From NCBI GenBank assembly GCA_963750165.1, contig CAVVPN010000003.1:256001-320000 (forward strand): DNA of 64,000 nucleotides, in the 5' to 3' direction. A program made the translations under genes and the position numbers. Each line of letters opens with the position of its first letter. Within the stretch, counting starts at the first letter, position 1. The notes under the pieces are model-generated. The model made no database searches, had not been told where the DNA came from, and saw nothing but the letters and a program-made list of their open reading frames with translations. The DNA is from an uncultured Gemmataceae bacterium. Lineage in GTDB: Bacteria > Planctomycetota > Planctomycetia > Gemmatales > Gemmataceae. Positions 30,058 to 40,194 of the stretch are shown piece after piece.

Positions 30058-30459
30058 GTGGAAAACACGCCGCGCTATGAGACCGGCTGCAAATTCCTGG
30101 GGGAATTTGTTGAGGACGCCGCGCTCGCGGACCCGAGCCGGCAGGCGCCGGCGGGGCAGGGGGTTGCCGAACCAACGACGATGGTTGGCCTGTTCGTGGA
30201 CGATGCGAATGGTCGTGCGGGTCTGAAGGACTACGTGATTGTGCGGCGGGATCATACCACCGTGACGGTGACCGGCTGCGACGTGCGTCCGCTCCTGAAC
30301 GGTCAGAGTGGGGGGGACGGTCGGGAGTTTGCGGTGCTGCTCCGCGAGGGCGACCGGGAGACGATTGCAGCCCGATTCCCTGCGACGGATTTGCTCGCCA
30401 TTTTCGAGGGCGGAGTCAACTTGCTGTCGCCCGCCCCGCCGGAAGCCAGGGCGGATTAA
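30058..30459 (+). CDS. Hypothetical protein
   Basis: GTG start 3 nt after the upstream stop, preceded by GGAGG; 133 aa. Confidence 0.6.
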   Translation: MENTPRYETGCKFLGEFVEDAALADPSRQAPAGQGVAEPTTMVGLFVDDANGRAGLKDYVIVRRDHTTVTVTGCDVRPLLNGQSGGDGREFAVLLREGDRETIAARFPATDLLAIFEGGVNLLSPAPPEARAD

Positions 30460-31396
30460 TTGGCGTTGGGAATCGCTTGATTCGCTGGGCCTGCGTTCAA
30501 GTCCACCGCCTGATAGCGCCCGCCGTTCTCCCGCGCCAGCCGCTGCAACGGCATGAACGCCCGCTGCCGGTTGGCCAGGCTCAACTCCACCGTATGAATG
30601 GCAGTCCGGCCCGCGTTCAGCCGTGTCACTTCCAGCACCTGCGCGTCGGTCAGGTCATCCGCGTCGGTCACCAGGAAGATCACGTCCGGCCGCAGCGCCA
30701 GGGCGCTGTACAGCGCCGGGCCGTGGTCGGTGCCGCCCTCCGCCGCCAGCGTTTGCAGCGCCAGCGCCACCGCCCGCCGCGGTTCGGGGCCAGCGCTCCG
30801 CCAGTCCCGTGGGCCGCGCGGTAGCAGCTCGACCGATCGGTTGTAGACCAGCACCTGGAACTGCGTCGTCGCCGGCAGTTGTTCCAGGCTCGCCAGCAGT
30901 TCGCGGCCCGCCCGGGTCAGCAGGCCGTTCAGGCCCATGCTGCTGGAGCGGTCCAGCACGTACACGATTTTCTGCGCCGCGCCGGCAGGCCGAAGAACGT
31001 CGGTTCCAGACCGCCCGGGTGCGCCGCCTGCCCGTGGCCAGCGGCGCCGGCATTCTGCGCAGGCGCCTTCGCTTGCGCCGGCACGTCAAAGCCCTGCACG
31101 CCGGCCGGCAATCCGGTCAGCGTCGGCACCTGAATCGGCTCCTCTGTCGGCAGTTCCGGCACCACGAGGCGCTGCTCGCCGGCTGCCGCCTCCTCCGGTG
31201 GCGCCGGCACCAGGTACGTCAGGCACTCGAACGGCTCCGCCGGCTCGGCCGCTGCGGTCGTGTGTCGCGGCCCGGCGGCCCGGTCGGCCAGGCTGCCGCC
31301 GGACAGCCACGCCAGGCCCAGGCCCAGCAGCGCGTGCAGCGTCAGCGACAGCAGCGCCGCCACGAGCCCCAGACGCCTGCGCTTGTTGCGTGCCAT
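30456..31396 (-). CDS. Membrane-anchored vWA-domain protein (apparent -1 frameshift ~30977)
   Basis: N-terminal TM (LLSLTLHALLGL), PTFFGL, then in the shifted frame VYVLDRSSSM (MIDAS), GGTDH and IFLVTD. The 941-nt span is 3n+2. Confidence 0.8.
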
Positions 31397-31449
31397 CGTT
31401 TTTGCCCTGCGCTCAAGTCCGGCGGCCGGCCGGCCGATGTTAAGGCTGT

Positions 31450-31578
31450 CTCCCGGAGGGGGTTGACCAATATTCAGAGTTCGGCAGGACGCCGACCACC
31501 ACCAGGAAGCTGCGTCGTTTGTTGTGTTGACCAACCTGTGGAGGGCGGTGACGCAAGGCTGCGTCACCGCTTTTTTTT
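31450..31578 (+). ncRNA. Candidate small RNA with GGA hairpin loops (CsrA/RsmA-binding-like)
   Basis: CTCC-CGGA-GGGG, TCGGC-AGGAC-GCCGA, CAGGAA and TGGAG motifs, followed by a + strand terminator. Both flanking genes are on the - strand. Confidence 0.3.
31545..31578 (+). terminator. Intrinsic terminator
   Basis: 11-bp stem GCGGTGACGCA/TGCGTCACCGC, 4-nt loop, then T8 on the + strand. Confidence 0.8.
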
Positions 31579-31581
31579 CGA

Positions 31582-31965
31582 TCAGGTCTTCGGCTTAACG
31601 TCCGCCAGCAGGTGCAGGCCGAACGAGTCGTCCCGCGCATCCAGCCAGTCCAGCCGCACATGCGTCTGCTCAGTGCCGCTGCTCTTGTCGCTCGTCAGCA
31701 CGACTTTGAAGCGGGCGCCGTTCTTCGTCTTGCAGGTGAGGTAATACGCGCTGCCCTGGCTGTCCTGTTCCAGCGACGCCTTCAAATTCAGTTTCTCCAG
31801 CGACGCCTGGACGGACAGGGCCGCCTCCGCCGGCGACCCCACGTAGACGCCGCTCAGCACCGCCTGGTTGACCGCCAGGAGGCCGCCCAACTCGGCCGAC
31901 TTGCAGCCGATCAGCACCGCCAGCAGACACACCGCGACCCCGACCAGCGCCTGTACGCGCACCAT
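31582..31965 (-). CDS. Hypothetical lipoprotein
   Basis: GGAGGAGG RBS; MVRVQALVGVAVCLLAVLIGC lipobox. Confidence 0.75.
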   Translation of the reverse strand: MVRVQALVGVAVCLLAVLIGCKSAELGGLLAVNQAVLSGVYVGSPAEAALSVQASLEKLNLKASLEQDSQGSAYYLTCKTKNGARFKVVLTSDKSSGTEQTHVRLDWLDARDDSFGLHLLADVKPKT

Positions 31966-32067
31966 GGCGGACCTCCTCCGTGCGTTCCGGGTTTGCTTTC
32001 TGGATCGTCGAGAGGGGTGGATATGTAGCGACCGGGCCGCTTCCTGGCAAGCCCAATCCTTGCCTGG

Positions 32068-32109
32068 AATGATGAATGATGAATGGTCTTTCATTCATCA
32101 TTCATCATT
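32068..32109. repeat. Inverted heptamer array (AATGATG)n / (CATCATT)n
   Basis: About 2.5 units per arm, directly after the rex stop codon. Confidence 0.8.
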
Positions 32110-32112
32110 TGG

Positions 32113-32808
32113 TCAAGCGCTGTCAGTCAACTGCACCAGGAACGCGAGTTGCTCCAGTTGCACCGTCAGGTCCACCGACACCAGGCTGACCTGCGGCGGC
32201 AGTCGCAAGACCGTCGGCGCGAAGTTGAGAACGCCGCGCACCCCCGCCGCCACCAGGGCGTCGGCCACCGTCTGGGCCACCTCGGACGGCACGGTCAGGA
32301 TGCCCAGTTCCGCGCCGGTGGCGGCGATCACTTCCGTCATCCGCTCCGGCGCGAACACCCGCAGGCCCTCGACCTCCTGGCCGACCTTGGCCGGGTCGGC
32401 GTCGAACAGCGCCACAATGCGAAAGCCCTGCTGCTGGAAGCCGCGGTAGCGCAGCAGCGCCCGCGCCAGGTTGCCGACGCCCACCACTGCCACCGACCAC
32501 ACCCGGTCGATGCCCAGTCGCCGCCGCAGCGCCGCAATCAGCTCGCGCGTCGGGTAGCCGACGCCCGGGTGGCCCAGGTTGCCCAGGTACGCCAGGTCCT
32601 TGCGCACCTGGGCGTCGGTGACGCCCAGGGCCTCGCCTAGCTGACTGCTGGAGACGGTGCGGACGTTTTCGCTGTTGAGCTGTTGCAGGCGGCGCAGGTA
32701 CAGGCTGAAGCGGGCGACGCTGGCCCGCGACAGGCGCGGCTCGCCGTTGGGGTGGTTCGGCTCTGAGGGAAAGTCTGCCTTGTCAGTGGGGCCGCCGGTC
32801 GGCATCAC
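32113..32808 (-). CDS. rex: Redox-sensing transcriptional repressor Rex
   Basis: RFSLYLR.L, VSS.QLG, QVRKDLAYLG..G..GVGY (winged HTH); VGVGNLARAL (NADH Rossmann fold); LNFAP. Start is 32808 (GTG) or 32805 (ATG). Confidence 0.95.
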   Translation of the reverse strand: MMPTGGPTDKADFPSEPNHPNGEPRLSRASVARFSLYLRRLQQLNSENVRTVSSSQLGEALGVTDAQVRKDLAYLGNLGHPGVGYPTRELIAALRRRLGIDRVWSVAVVGVGNLARALLRYRGFQQQGFRIVALFDADPAKVGQEVEGLRVFAPERMTEVIAATGAELGILTVPSEVAQTVADALVAAGVRGVLNFAPTVLRLPPQVSLVSVDLTVQLEQLAFLVQLTDSA

Positions 32809-32913
32809 GTGTGCATCCTCATCACCATCAATTCAATCCACGGCCAAGCCGAAGGCTGAGGGAGAGCAATTCATCGTAGCCGCTGGGTCCGGCCCGGTCA
32901 AGTTGACCACCGC

Positions 32914-33723
32914 TTACGCCGCCAGCGTCGCCAGCAGCGTCAGAAACGCCTCGACCAATCGCGTGAGCCTGTCGCCCTGTGCCGCCGCCGTGGCCAGCAC
33001 TTCCTCGTGGTTCAGCGGCGTGCCGCTCAGGCCGGCGGCGCGGTTGGTGATGCACGACACGGCCGCACACGCCATCCCCAGGTCGGCGGCCGCCTGCGCC
33101 TCGCGCGCCGTGGACATGCCGACCGCGTCGGCGCCCCACGCCCGCAGCGCCCGGATTTCCGCCGGCGTCTCGTAGCACGGCCCCGTCACGGCGCCGTAGA
33201 CGCCCTGGTGCAGCTCGATGCCCTGGTCGGCCGCCGCGTGCGCCAGCAGCGCGAGCAGCGCCGGCGCGTAGGGACTCGGCCGCGCCGGGCCGAGTCCGCC
33301 CGGCCCCGGTTCCCGCCAGCAGTACGGCCGGGTCCAGTCGATGTGGTCGCGGAGGGCCATGAGGCTGCCGGGCACGAGCGCGTCGTGGATGCCGCCCGCG
33401 GCGTTGGTCAACAGGAGGTGGCGGGCGCCGAGCTGGTGCGCGACCGCGACGGGCCGCACCACGTCGTCCCAGGAATGGCCCTCGTAGAAATGCAGCCGGC
33501 CCTCGAAGACCAGCACGCGGCGGTCGAGCCACTCGCCGAGGGTCAGACAGCCGCGGTGGCCGGCGACGGTCGATGCGCCCAGGCCGGGCACGGCCGCGAA
33601 CGGCACGCCGACCAGTGGCGTCAGCCGCCCGGCGACGCCGCCCATGCCGGAGCCGAGCACCAGCGCCAGCGCCGGCGGCGCCGCCTGCGCCAGCCGGGTC
33701 AGCTCGGTAAACGCCGCCGTCAT
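32914..33723 (-). CDS. punA: Purine-nucleoside phosphorylase (trimeric PunA type)
   Basis: LVLGSG, GRLHFYEG, TNAAGG, GPCYETPAE, DAVGMST, CITN. Confidence 0.9.
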   Translation of the reverse strand: MTAAFTELTRLAQAAPPALALVLGSGMGGVAGRLTPLVGVPFAAVPGLGASTVAGHRGCLTLGEWLDRRVLVFEGRLHFYEGHSWDDVVRPVAVAHQLGARHLLLTNAAGGIHDALVPGSLMALRDHIDWTRPYCWREPGPGGLGPARPSPYAPALLALLAHAAADQGIELHQGVYGAVTGPCYETPAEIRALRAWGADAVGMSTAREAQAAADLGMACAAVSCITNRAAGLSGTPLNHEEVLATAAAQGDRLTRLVEAFLTLLATLAA

Positions 33724-33743
33724 TGCCGCCTCAACGTCGATCC

Positions 33744-34481
33744 TCACGTCTGGTCCGACTCCCCCGCCGACCAGCACGCCTGCTTGGCCCGCGCCGCCTG
33801 GGCGATCAGCTGGGCGCACAACTCCTCGCCCAGCAGGCTCGTGTTCAGCACCAGATCATAGTGATACGGCTCGGCGGCGTCGCGGAAGTAATGGTCCTGC
33901 AGGAACCGCGCGCGGCGCTCGTCGCGCAGCCGCACCTGCTCCGCCGCCTCGTCCCCCGTCAGCCGCAGCCATTGCGCCATGTAGGCGATGCGGTCCTGCA
34001 GCGGCGCCACCAGCCGCACGTGCAGGGTGGAGCGTGCCGGCAGCAAAAAACCGGCCCCGCGGCCGATGAGCACGCACTCGCCGGCCACGCCCAGCGCCAG
34101 CAGCAATCGGGCCATGTCCGCCAGCGACGGGTGCGGGCTGACGCGGCCGCTGCGCTGCTCCTGCTCCAGATGCTCCTCGACCCAGTGGACCGCCGTCGGC
34201 GCCAGCTGGTCGAACAGATCCTGGCGGAAATTGTCTTGCTGGGCGAGATACTCCAGCGTCTCCTGCGGGTAGACCTGCCAGCCGAGTTTGGCGCCGGCGC
34301 GGTGGGCGATGCTGGTGCCGCGCGAGCCGGCCTCCCGGCTGACGGCGATGGTCAGCGCCGCGGGGACGCCGTGCAGCTCGCCGCCGCCGCGGTCGCCCTG
34401 GAAGCCGTGGCGTGGCGACTCCGGTCCCGGCGCAGTGGTCGGGTCGTTGTCGTCGTTCAACCTGGGGAAGGGGTCCGGCAT
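33744..34481 (-). CDS. Cytidylate kinase-like family protein
   Basis: IAVSREAGSRG, VLIGRGAGFLL, LHVRLVAP, YDLVLNTS. Confidence 0.85.
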   Translation of the reverse strand: MPDPFPRLNDDNDPTTAPGPESPRHGFQGDRGGGELHGVPAALTIAVSREAGSRGTSIAHRAGAKLGWQVYPQETLEYLAQQDNFRQDLFDQLAPTAVHWVEEHLEQEQRSGRVSPHPSLADMARLLLALGVAGECVLIGRGAGFLLPARSTLHVRLVAPLQDRIAYMAQWLRLTGDEAAEQVRLRDERRARFLQDHYFRDAAEPYHYDLVLNTSLLGEELCAQLIAQAARAKQACWSAGESDQT

Positions 34482-34506
34482 CGCAGCACTCGTACAGAAC
34501 AGGCCT

Positions 34507-34576
34507 TGGCGAGCGGCGCGGCGTCAGCCCGCCGGTGGTCTACAGTACCGGCGGGCTGACGCCGCGCCGCTCGCCA
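34507..34576. repeat. REP-doublet-like palindrome (CGAG foot), copy 1
   Basis: GGCGAGCGGCGCGGCGTCAGCCCGCCGGT plus its inverse; arms are identical to those at 40120-40187. Confidence 0.9.
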
Positions 34577-34616
34577 GTATTAGTAATATAGCCCGGCGGC
34601 GGCCCGACACGAAGCG

Positions 34617-35579
34617 TTAATTCAGATCGAGGTATTCCGCCCGGCGGAAGGCGAGCATCCCGACCGTCAGCAGAAGCACGGTCAACGCCGCCAGCACGCA
34701 CCACGCCGTCGTGCCGCTCACGGGCAGAAAAATCTCCGGCCGGCCCGGCCCGACGCCGTAGGCCTCGCCCTCCTGGAACATCAGGCAGCGCGTGTAAAAG
34801 CTGATGCTGCCGCGCTTGAGGTGGCCGGGTAGATTGCCCATGACGGTTTCCAGGAAGAACGAGTACAAAATGGCAACCACGGCGGCCCGGCGGAACAGGG
34901 CGCCCATGAGGTGGAACAGGGCGGCGAAGGCCAGCGCCCCCCAGAAAACCGCCGGCCAGTACAGCCGCAGCGCCAGCAGACCCGGCGGTCCTGCCGCCAG
35001 GCAGATCAGCGCGAAGCCGCCCAGATTGATCGCCAGGCACCACGGCAGCAGTGCCACGAACTTGGCCAGGTAGATGGCGGGCCGGGACAGCGGCCGCGTC
35101 AGCACCCACAGCAAATTCTGCTGCTCGCGCTCACGGCCCAGCGCCTCCGTCGCAAAGCTCAAACTCCACAACGGCAGCAGGAACGTCGCGAACATCGAGA
35201 AGACGATTTGCCAGCTGAAGCGGACGAAGCCGGCCTGTTCGCGGAATTGCCGGTTCTGCAAGGCGGCGTCGTAGGCGCCGCGCACGGCGTCGCTGAGGCT
35301 CAGCGCGGCGGGGTTGCGCGGCAGGGCGTGCTGCGTCACCCCCAGGCGAATGACCGCCTCCTGATGGGTCAGGCGGCGCGTGTTCGGCGCCCGCCAAAAG
35401 CGCATGTCCCAGGCGGTCGGCGAGATGACCCAGACCAGGAAGACCATGAACACCAACAGGCCCAGGGCGATCCAGACCATCAGGTGCGCCCGCGCCTGCC
35501 GCTGCCAGCTCAGCCAGACCAGGTAGCGCCACGCCCGCCACGCCGAGGGCGATGCGACGGCTCCTTCCAACGGGGACAT
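34617..35579 (-). CDS. ABC transporter permease
   Basis: AAGGAG RBS; multiple TM helices; EREQQNLLWVLTRPLSR..IYLAKF. Confidence 0.88.
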   Translation of the reverse strand: MSPLEGAVASPSAWRAWRYLVWLSWQRQARAHLMVWIALGLLVFMVFLVWVISPTAWDMRFWRAPNTRRLTHQEAVIRLGVTQHALPRNPAALSLSDAVRGAYDAALQNRQFREQAGFVRFSWQIVFSMFATFLLPLWSLSFATEALGREREQQNLLWVLTRPLSRPAIYLAKFVALLPWCLAINLGGFALICLAAGPPGLLALRLYWPAVFWGALAFAALFHLMGALFRRAAVVAILYSFFLETVMGNLPGHLKRGSISFYTRCLMFQEGEAYGVGPGRPEIFLPVSGTTAWCVLAALTVLLLTVGMLAFRRAEYLDLN

Positions 35580-35599
35580 GGGGACTCCTTGAGTGAGGA

Positions 35600-35673
35600 G
35601 CGCTAAACCGCAAGCGGCGGCCCAGTTGGGTTGGGGCGTGAGAACCTGCTTCGCGCCGCTTGCGGCTTAGCGC
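35600..35673. repeat. Intergenic inverted repeat
   Basis: GCGCTAAACCGCAAGCGGCG ... CGCCGCTTGCGGCTTAGCGC (one mismatch). Confidence 0.75.
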
Positions 35674-35684
35674 GGCCCAACCCG

Positions 35685-36602
35685 CTAGCGCCGTCCGCCC
35701 AGCAGGTAGCTCAGGATCGCCTGCGTCGATTCGTCGAGCGTCTCCAGGTGGCGCACCTCGAATGACTCCTCCAGCACCAGCGTCGCCAGACGGCGAAAGA
35801 AGGTCCGCGGTTGCCGCACGCGCACCACCAGCGCGTCCTCCGGCAGCAGGTCCACGCCCTCGACCTCGGGCAGTTCCAGCAGCGCGACGGCCAGTTGTCG
35901 GCTCTGGTCGCAGACGATGCGCACCGACAGCGGGTGGCGGTCCAGCAAATCGCGGATTTGCGGCAGGGTGCCCACGGCGGCGATGCGGCCGCGGGCCATG
36001 ATCGCGACGTGATCGGTCAACTTTTCCAGTTCGTCCAGCTCATGGCTCGACACCAACAGGCATTTGCCCGCCTGCGCCAGCCGCGTGAACAGCTCCAGCG
36101 ATTCCCGGCGGCCGATGGGGTCGATACCGCTCAGCGGCTCGTCGAGCAGCAGCAGTTCCGGCCCGTGCAGCAGCGCCTGGGCCAACTTGACGCGCTGCCG
36201 CATACCCTTGGAATAGCCTCGCAACTTCAGGTCAGCGCGATCGCCCATGCCGACCAGCTCCAGTGTTTCCTCGGTGCGCCGCCGGGCCTCGCGGGCCGTG
36301 TAGCCGCACAGCCGGGCCATCGTCAGCACGAAGCGGCGGCCGGACATTTCCTCATAAAAGCGGTCCAGTTCGGGGCAGTAGCCGATGTGCCGCCGGGCCG
36401 CGGCGCTCCAGGCGTTGTGGCCGCAGACGCGGACACTGCCGAGGTCGGGCCGGATGTGGCCGCCGGCCAACCGCAGCAACGTGCTCTTGCCGGCGCCATT
36501 GCTGCCGACCAGGCCGGTGATGCCCGGCCGCAGTTCCAGCGTCACCTGGTTGAGGCCAATGACGGGGCCGTACCACTTGGAAACGCGGTCGAAGAGCAAC
36601 AC
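35685..36602 (-). CDS. ABC transporter ATP-binding protein
   Basis: GSNGAGKST (Walker A), YSKGMRQR signature, LLLDEP (Walker B), SSH. The GTG start at 36602 is inferred. Confidence 0.92.
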   Translation of the reverse strand: MLLFDRVSKWYGPVIGLNQVTLELRPGITGLVGSNGAGKSTLLRLAGGHIRPDLGSVRVCGHNAWSAAARRHIGYCPELDRFYEEMSGRRFVLTMARLCGYTAREARRRTEETLELVGMGDRADLKLRGYSKGMRQRVKLAQALLHGPELLLLDEPLSGIDPIGRRESLELFTRLAQAGKCLLVSSHELDELEKLTDHVAIMARGRIAAVGTLPQIRDLLDRHPLSVRIVCDQSRQLAVALLELPEVEGVDLLPEDALVVRVRQPRTFFRRLATLVLEESFEVRHLETLDESTQAILSYLLGGRR

Positions 36603-36609
36603 TGGGGGA

Positions 36610-36686
36610 GCTGCTTCGTTCGTGGTACCGCCTTTAGGCGGTCTTCGCTCAAGACCGCCTAAAGGCGGTACCACGAACGAAGCAGC
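36610..36686. repeat. REP-doublet-like palindrome (GTGG foot), perfect 36-bp arms
   Basis: GCTGCTTCGTTCGTGGTACCGCCTTTAGGCGGTCTT, a 5-nt loop, then the exact inverse. Confidence 0.9.
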
Positions 36687-36700
36687 CGCATCCGGGGTCG

Positions 36701-37681
36701 CTACTTCACGATCTCCACCGCGCGCGTCCGCAGGTTCAAGTAAATCAGGCATACGATGCCAATGCCTCCCAGCACCAGGGCGGCCTCCCAGGTCTGCGGC
36801 TGGGGCCGCGGGGAGATGTCCCCGTGACGGATGCCCAGGCACGCATAGCCCACCAGCCGCAGGTTGTTCCACAGGTCGATCAGGCGCCAGTGCTCGTCGT
36901 GCTCCAGCCCGTCCACCACAATGCTCGCCAGCAGCCGGAAGAACAGGAACAGGCTCGTCCACACCATAATCATCGGCACCGTTCGCCGCACCCAGCTCGC
37001 GACCGCCACCAGTAATACGCTCAAAAACACCGTCAGGACCAGGCCATAACCAAGGATGCCCAGCAACAGCGGCAGCCCCGCCGGGCCGCGGCCGGTGTTG
37101 GTGTTGATGAAATAATCCGGGTCGGCGACGTAGTCCCAGTCGTCCAGGCCGTGCTGCGCATATAGCACCACCGCCGGCAGCGTCGTCAGCAAGTTGACGA
37201 CCACGCCGACCGCCAGACACTTGCCGAGGATGTAATGCCAGCGCGATAGCGGCTTGGCGAGGTAGAACGGCAGCGTGCCGAAGTGGAAGTCGTTGCCGAC
37301 CAGCACCGAACCGGCCAGCGCCAGCACCACCATGAGCATCGCACCCTGGTAGAGGAAGAAATAGCCGAACGTCTCCTGACTGCCGTTGAGGATTCTCAGG
37401 CCCTGGCGCACGACCTTGAGGATCTGGTCGGAGCCAGTCTTTTGCTCCTCACGGACGACGACCTTGACCTGGGCATCGCCGACCTGCGACTCGGCCCAGT
37501 CCAGCAGGAAGGTGCCAAAGAAGAACATCAGGAAGATGAGCAGGCCGGCGGCGTACAGCCACCAGAATAGTTTGCGCCGCAGCAGATTGCCCAGGGCAGT
37601 GCGGGCGATTGGCCAGACACCTGCGAACGGCCGGCGAAATTGTCCGCGCCAGGCTCGGTAGTGGAGCAGCGTGATTTGCAT
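36701..37681 (-). CDS. ABC transporter permease
   Basis: Multiple TM helices; GNDFHFGTLPFYLAKPLSRWHYILGK. Start could also be 37690. Confidence 0.88.
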   Translation of the reverse strand: MQITLLHYRAWRGQFRRPFAGVWPIARTALGNLLRRKLFWWLYAAGLLIFLMFFFGTFLLDWAESQVGDAQVKVVVREEQKTGSDQILKVVRQGLRILNGSQETFGYFFLYQGAMLMVVLALAGSVLVGNDFHFGTLPFYLAKPLSRWHYILGKCLAVGVVVNLLTTLPAVVLYAQHGLDDWDYVADPDYFINTNTGRGPAGLPLLLGILGYGLVLTVFLSVLLVAVASWVRRTVPMIMVWTSLFLFFRLLASIVVDGLEHDEHWRLIDLWNNLRLVGYACLGIRHGDISPRPQPQTWEAALVLGGIGIVCLIYLNLRTRAVEIVK

Positions 37682-37682
37682 G

Positions 37683-37790
37683 TTAGTCATTAGTCATTAG
37701 TCATTAGTCATTAGTTTTGAACTCTGCCGTTTGGGAACTCATAATGTCATTCAGTTGTTCTCCTAATGACTAATGACTAATGACTAATGA

Positions 37791-37794
<4 letters not shown>
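37683..37794. repeat. Inverted heptamer array (TTAGTCA)4+ / (TGACTAA)4+
   Basis: Two arms around a ~47-nt AT-rich spacer fill the gap between two ABC genes. The upstream TAG stop lies within the repeat. Confidence 0.92.
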
Positions 37795-38789
<995 letters not shown>

Positions 38790-38806
38790 GCAGCGCCCCG
38801 TGTTCG

Positions 38807-38871
38807 GCGAGCGGGGTCGCGTCAGCGCCCCGTGAGGCCCATGCACGGGGCGCTGACGCGACCCCGCTCGC
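38807..38871. repeat. REP-doublet-like palindrome (CGAG foot)
   Basis: GCGAGCGGGGTCGCGTCAGCGCCCCGTG plus its inverse; a partial extra copy lies at 38791-38802. Confidence 0.88.
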
Positions 38872-38880
38872 TGGGCTGAG

Positions 38881-40080
38881 TCACGTCGTGTAGTCCGCGT
38901 TCAGCCGCACGTAGTCGTAGGTGAGGTCGCAGGTCCAGAACGTGCATTTGCCCGTGCCGAGCGTGAAGGCGAGGCGCAGCGTCAGTTCGCGGTGGCCCTT
39001 GAGGTACGCCGACAGCGCCGCCGCGTCGAACGACAGCGGCGCGCCCGCGTGATACAGCGGGATGTCACCGACCCATAGCGAAAGTTGTTCCTCCTCGAAC
39101 GGCACCCCTGCGTAGCCGGCCGCGGACACGATGCGCCCCCAGTTCGGATCGGCTCCGAAGATGGCGGTCTTGACCAGCGCGCTCTCGGCGACGGTTTTCG
39201 CGATTCGCCGCGCCTCGTCGTTGTCGCGGGTGCCGGTGACTTCCACGGTAACCAGATGGGTCGCGCCCTCGGCATCCCCGGCAATCGCCTGCGCCAACTC
39301 GGCACACACCGCGGCGACCGTCTCGTGGAAGCGGGTCAGTCCCGGGTTGCGCAGCGGTGATCTGGTGCCGTTCGCCAGGAACAGCAGCGTATCGTTGGTG
39401 CTCGTGTGGCCCTCGACGCTGACGCAGTTGAACGTGCGCTCCGCGACCGCCGGGGCCAGCACCGCCAGGTCCTCCGCGGTAACGGGTGCGTCCGTCAGCA
39501 CGAACGCCAGCAGCGTCGCCATGTTCGGGCCGATCATCGCGGCGCCCTTGCAAAAGCCGGTCAGCCGATAATCCTGGCCGTCGACGGCCACGGTGCGCGT
39601 CGCTACCTTGATGCGCGTGTCGGTGGTCAGGATGGCGCGGGCGGCTCGTTCAAAGCCCGCGGTGTTGGCGGCGAGCTTGCTCGCGGCGAGGCGGACGCCC
39701 GGCTCGATTTTCTCCATCGGCAGCGGGCGGCCGATGACGCCGGTGGAGCAGACGAGCATTTGTTCCGGCCGGCACCCGATCCCCTCCGCGGCGACGGCGG
39801 TCATGCGGCGGGCGTCGGCGAGACCCTGCTGGCCGGTGCAGGCGTTGGCATTGCCCGAGCAGATGACGACGCCGCGCACGTCCACGGCCGGCAGCCGTTC
39901 ACGGCAGACGCGCACCGGGGCGGCGACGATACGGTTCTGCGTGAACGCCCCGGCGGCGCGGGCCGGGCGGTCGCTGACGATCAGCGCCAGGTCGAGGCGA
40001 TCCGGCTCGACCGGCCGCAGGCCGCAGGGGACGCCGGCGTAACGGTAGCCGGTTGCCAGGTGCCATTCGGGTGTGCTCAT
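38881..40080 (-). CDS. argJ: Ornithine acetyltransferase / N-acetylglutamate synthase
   Basis: SGNANACTG, STGVIG, ILTTDT, KGAAMIGPNMA|TLL autocleavage site, TSTNDT, DAEGAT, DPNWGRI, CDLTYDYVRLNADYTT. Confidence 0.97.
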   Translation of the reverse strand: MSTPEWHLATGYRYAGVPCGLRPVEPDRLDLALIVSDRPARAAGAFTQNRIVAAPVRVCRERLPAVDVRGVVICSGNANACTGQQGLADARRMTAVAAEGIGCRPEQMLVCSTGVIGRPLPMEKIEPGVRLAASKLAANTAGFERAARAILTTDTRIKVATRTVAVDGQDYRLTGFCKGAAMIGPNMATLLAFVLTDAPVTAEDLAVLAPAVAERTFNCVSVEGHTSTNDTLLFLANGTRSPLRNPGLTRFHETVAAVCAELAQAIAGDAEGATHLVTVEVTGTRDNDEARRIAKTVAESALVKTAIFGADPNWGRIVSAAGYAGVPFEEEQLSLWVGDIPLYHAGAPLSFDAAALSAYLKGHRELTLRLAFTLGTGKCTFWTCDLTYDYVRLNADYTT

Positions 40081-40119
40081 CACTCGTGATTGCCCTTTCC
40101 TGAGAAACGCAGATTTGTC

Positions 40120-40187
40120 GGCGAGCGGCGCGGCGTCAGCCCGCCGGTACTTTGCGAGACCGGCGGGCTGACGCCGCGCCGCTCGCC
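40120..40187. repeat. REP-doublet-like palindrome (CGAG foot), copy 2
   Basis: Same 29-bp arms as 34507-34576 with a different 10-nt spacer. Confidence 0.9.
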
Positions 40188-40194
40188 AAAAACC

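Noticed and set aside
32808..32913. Rex operator upstream of rex or of the oxidase operon
   Set aside because: I saw no convincing TTGTGAA-N4-TTCACAA-like palindrome in either region.
35685..37220. 511-aa ABC ATPase with a long N-terminal extension
   Set aside because: The extension is an alternative frame of the permease plus translated palindrome.
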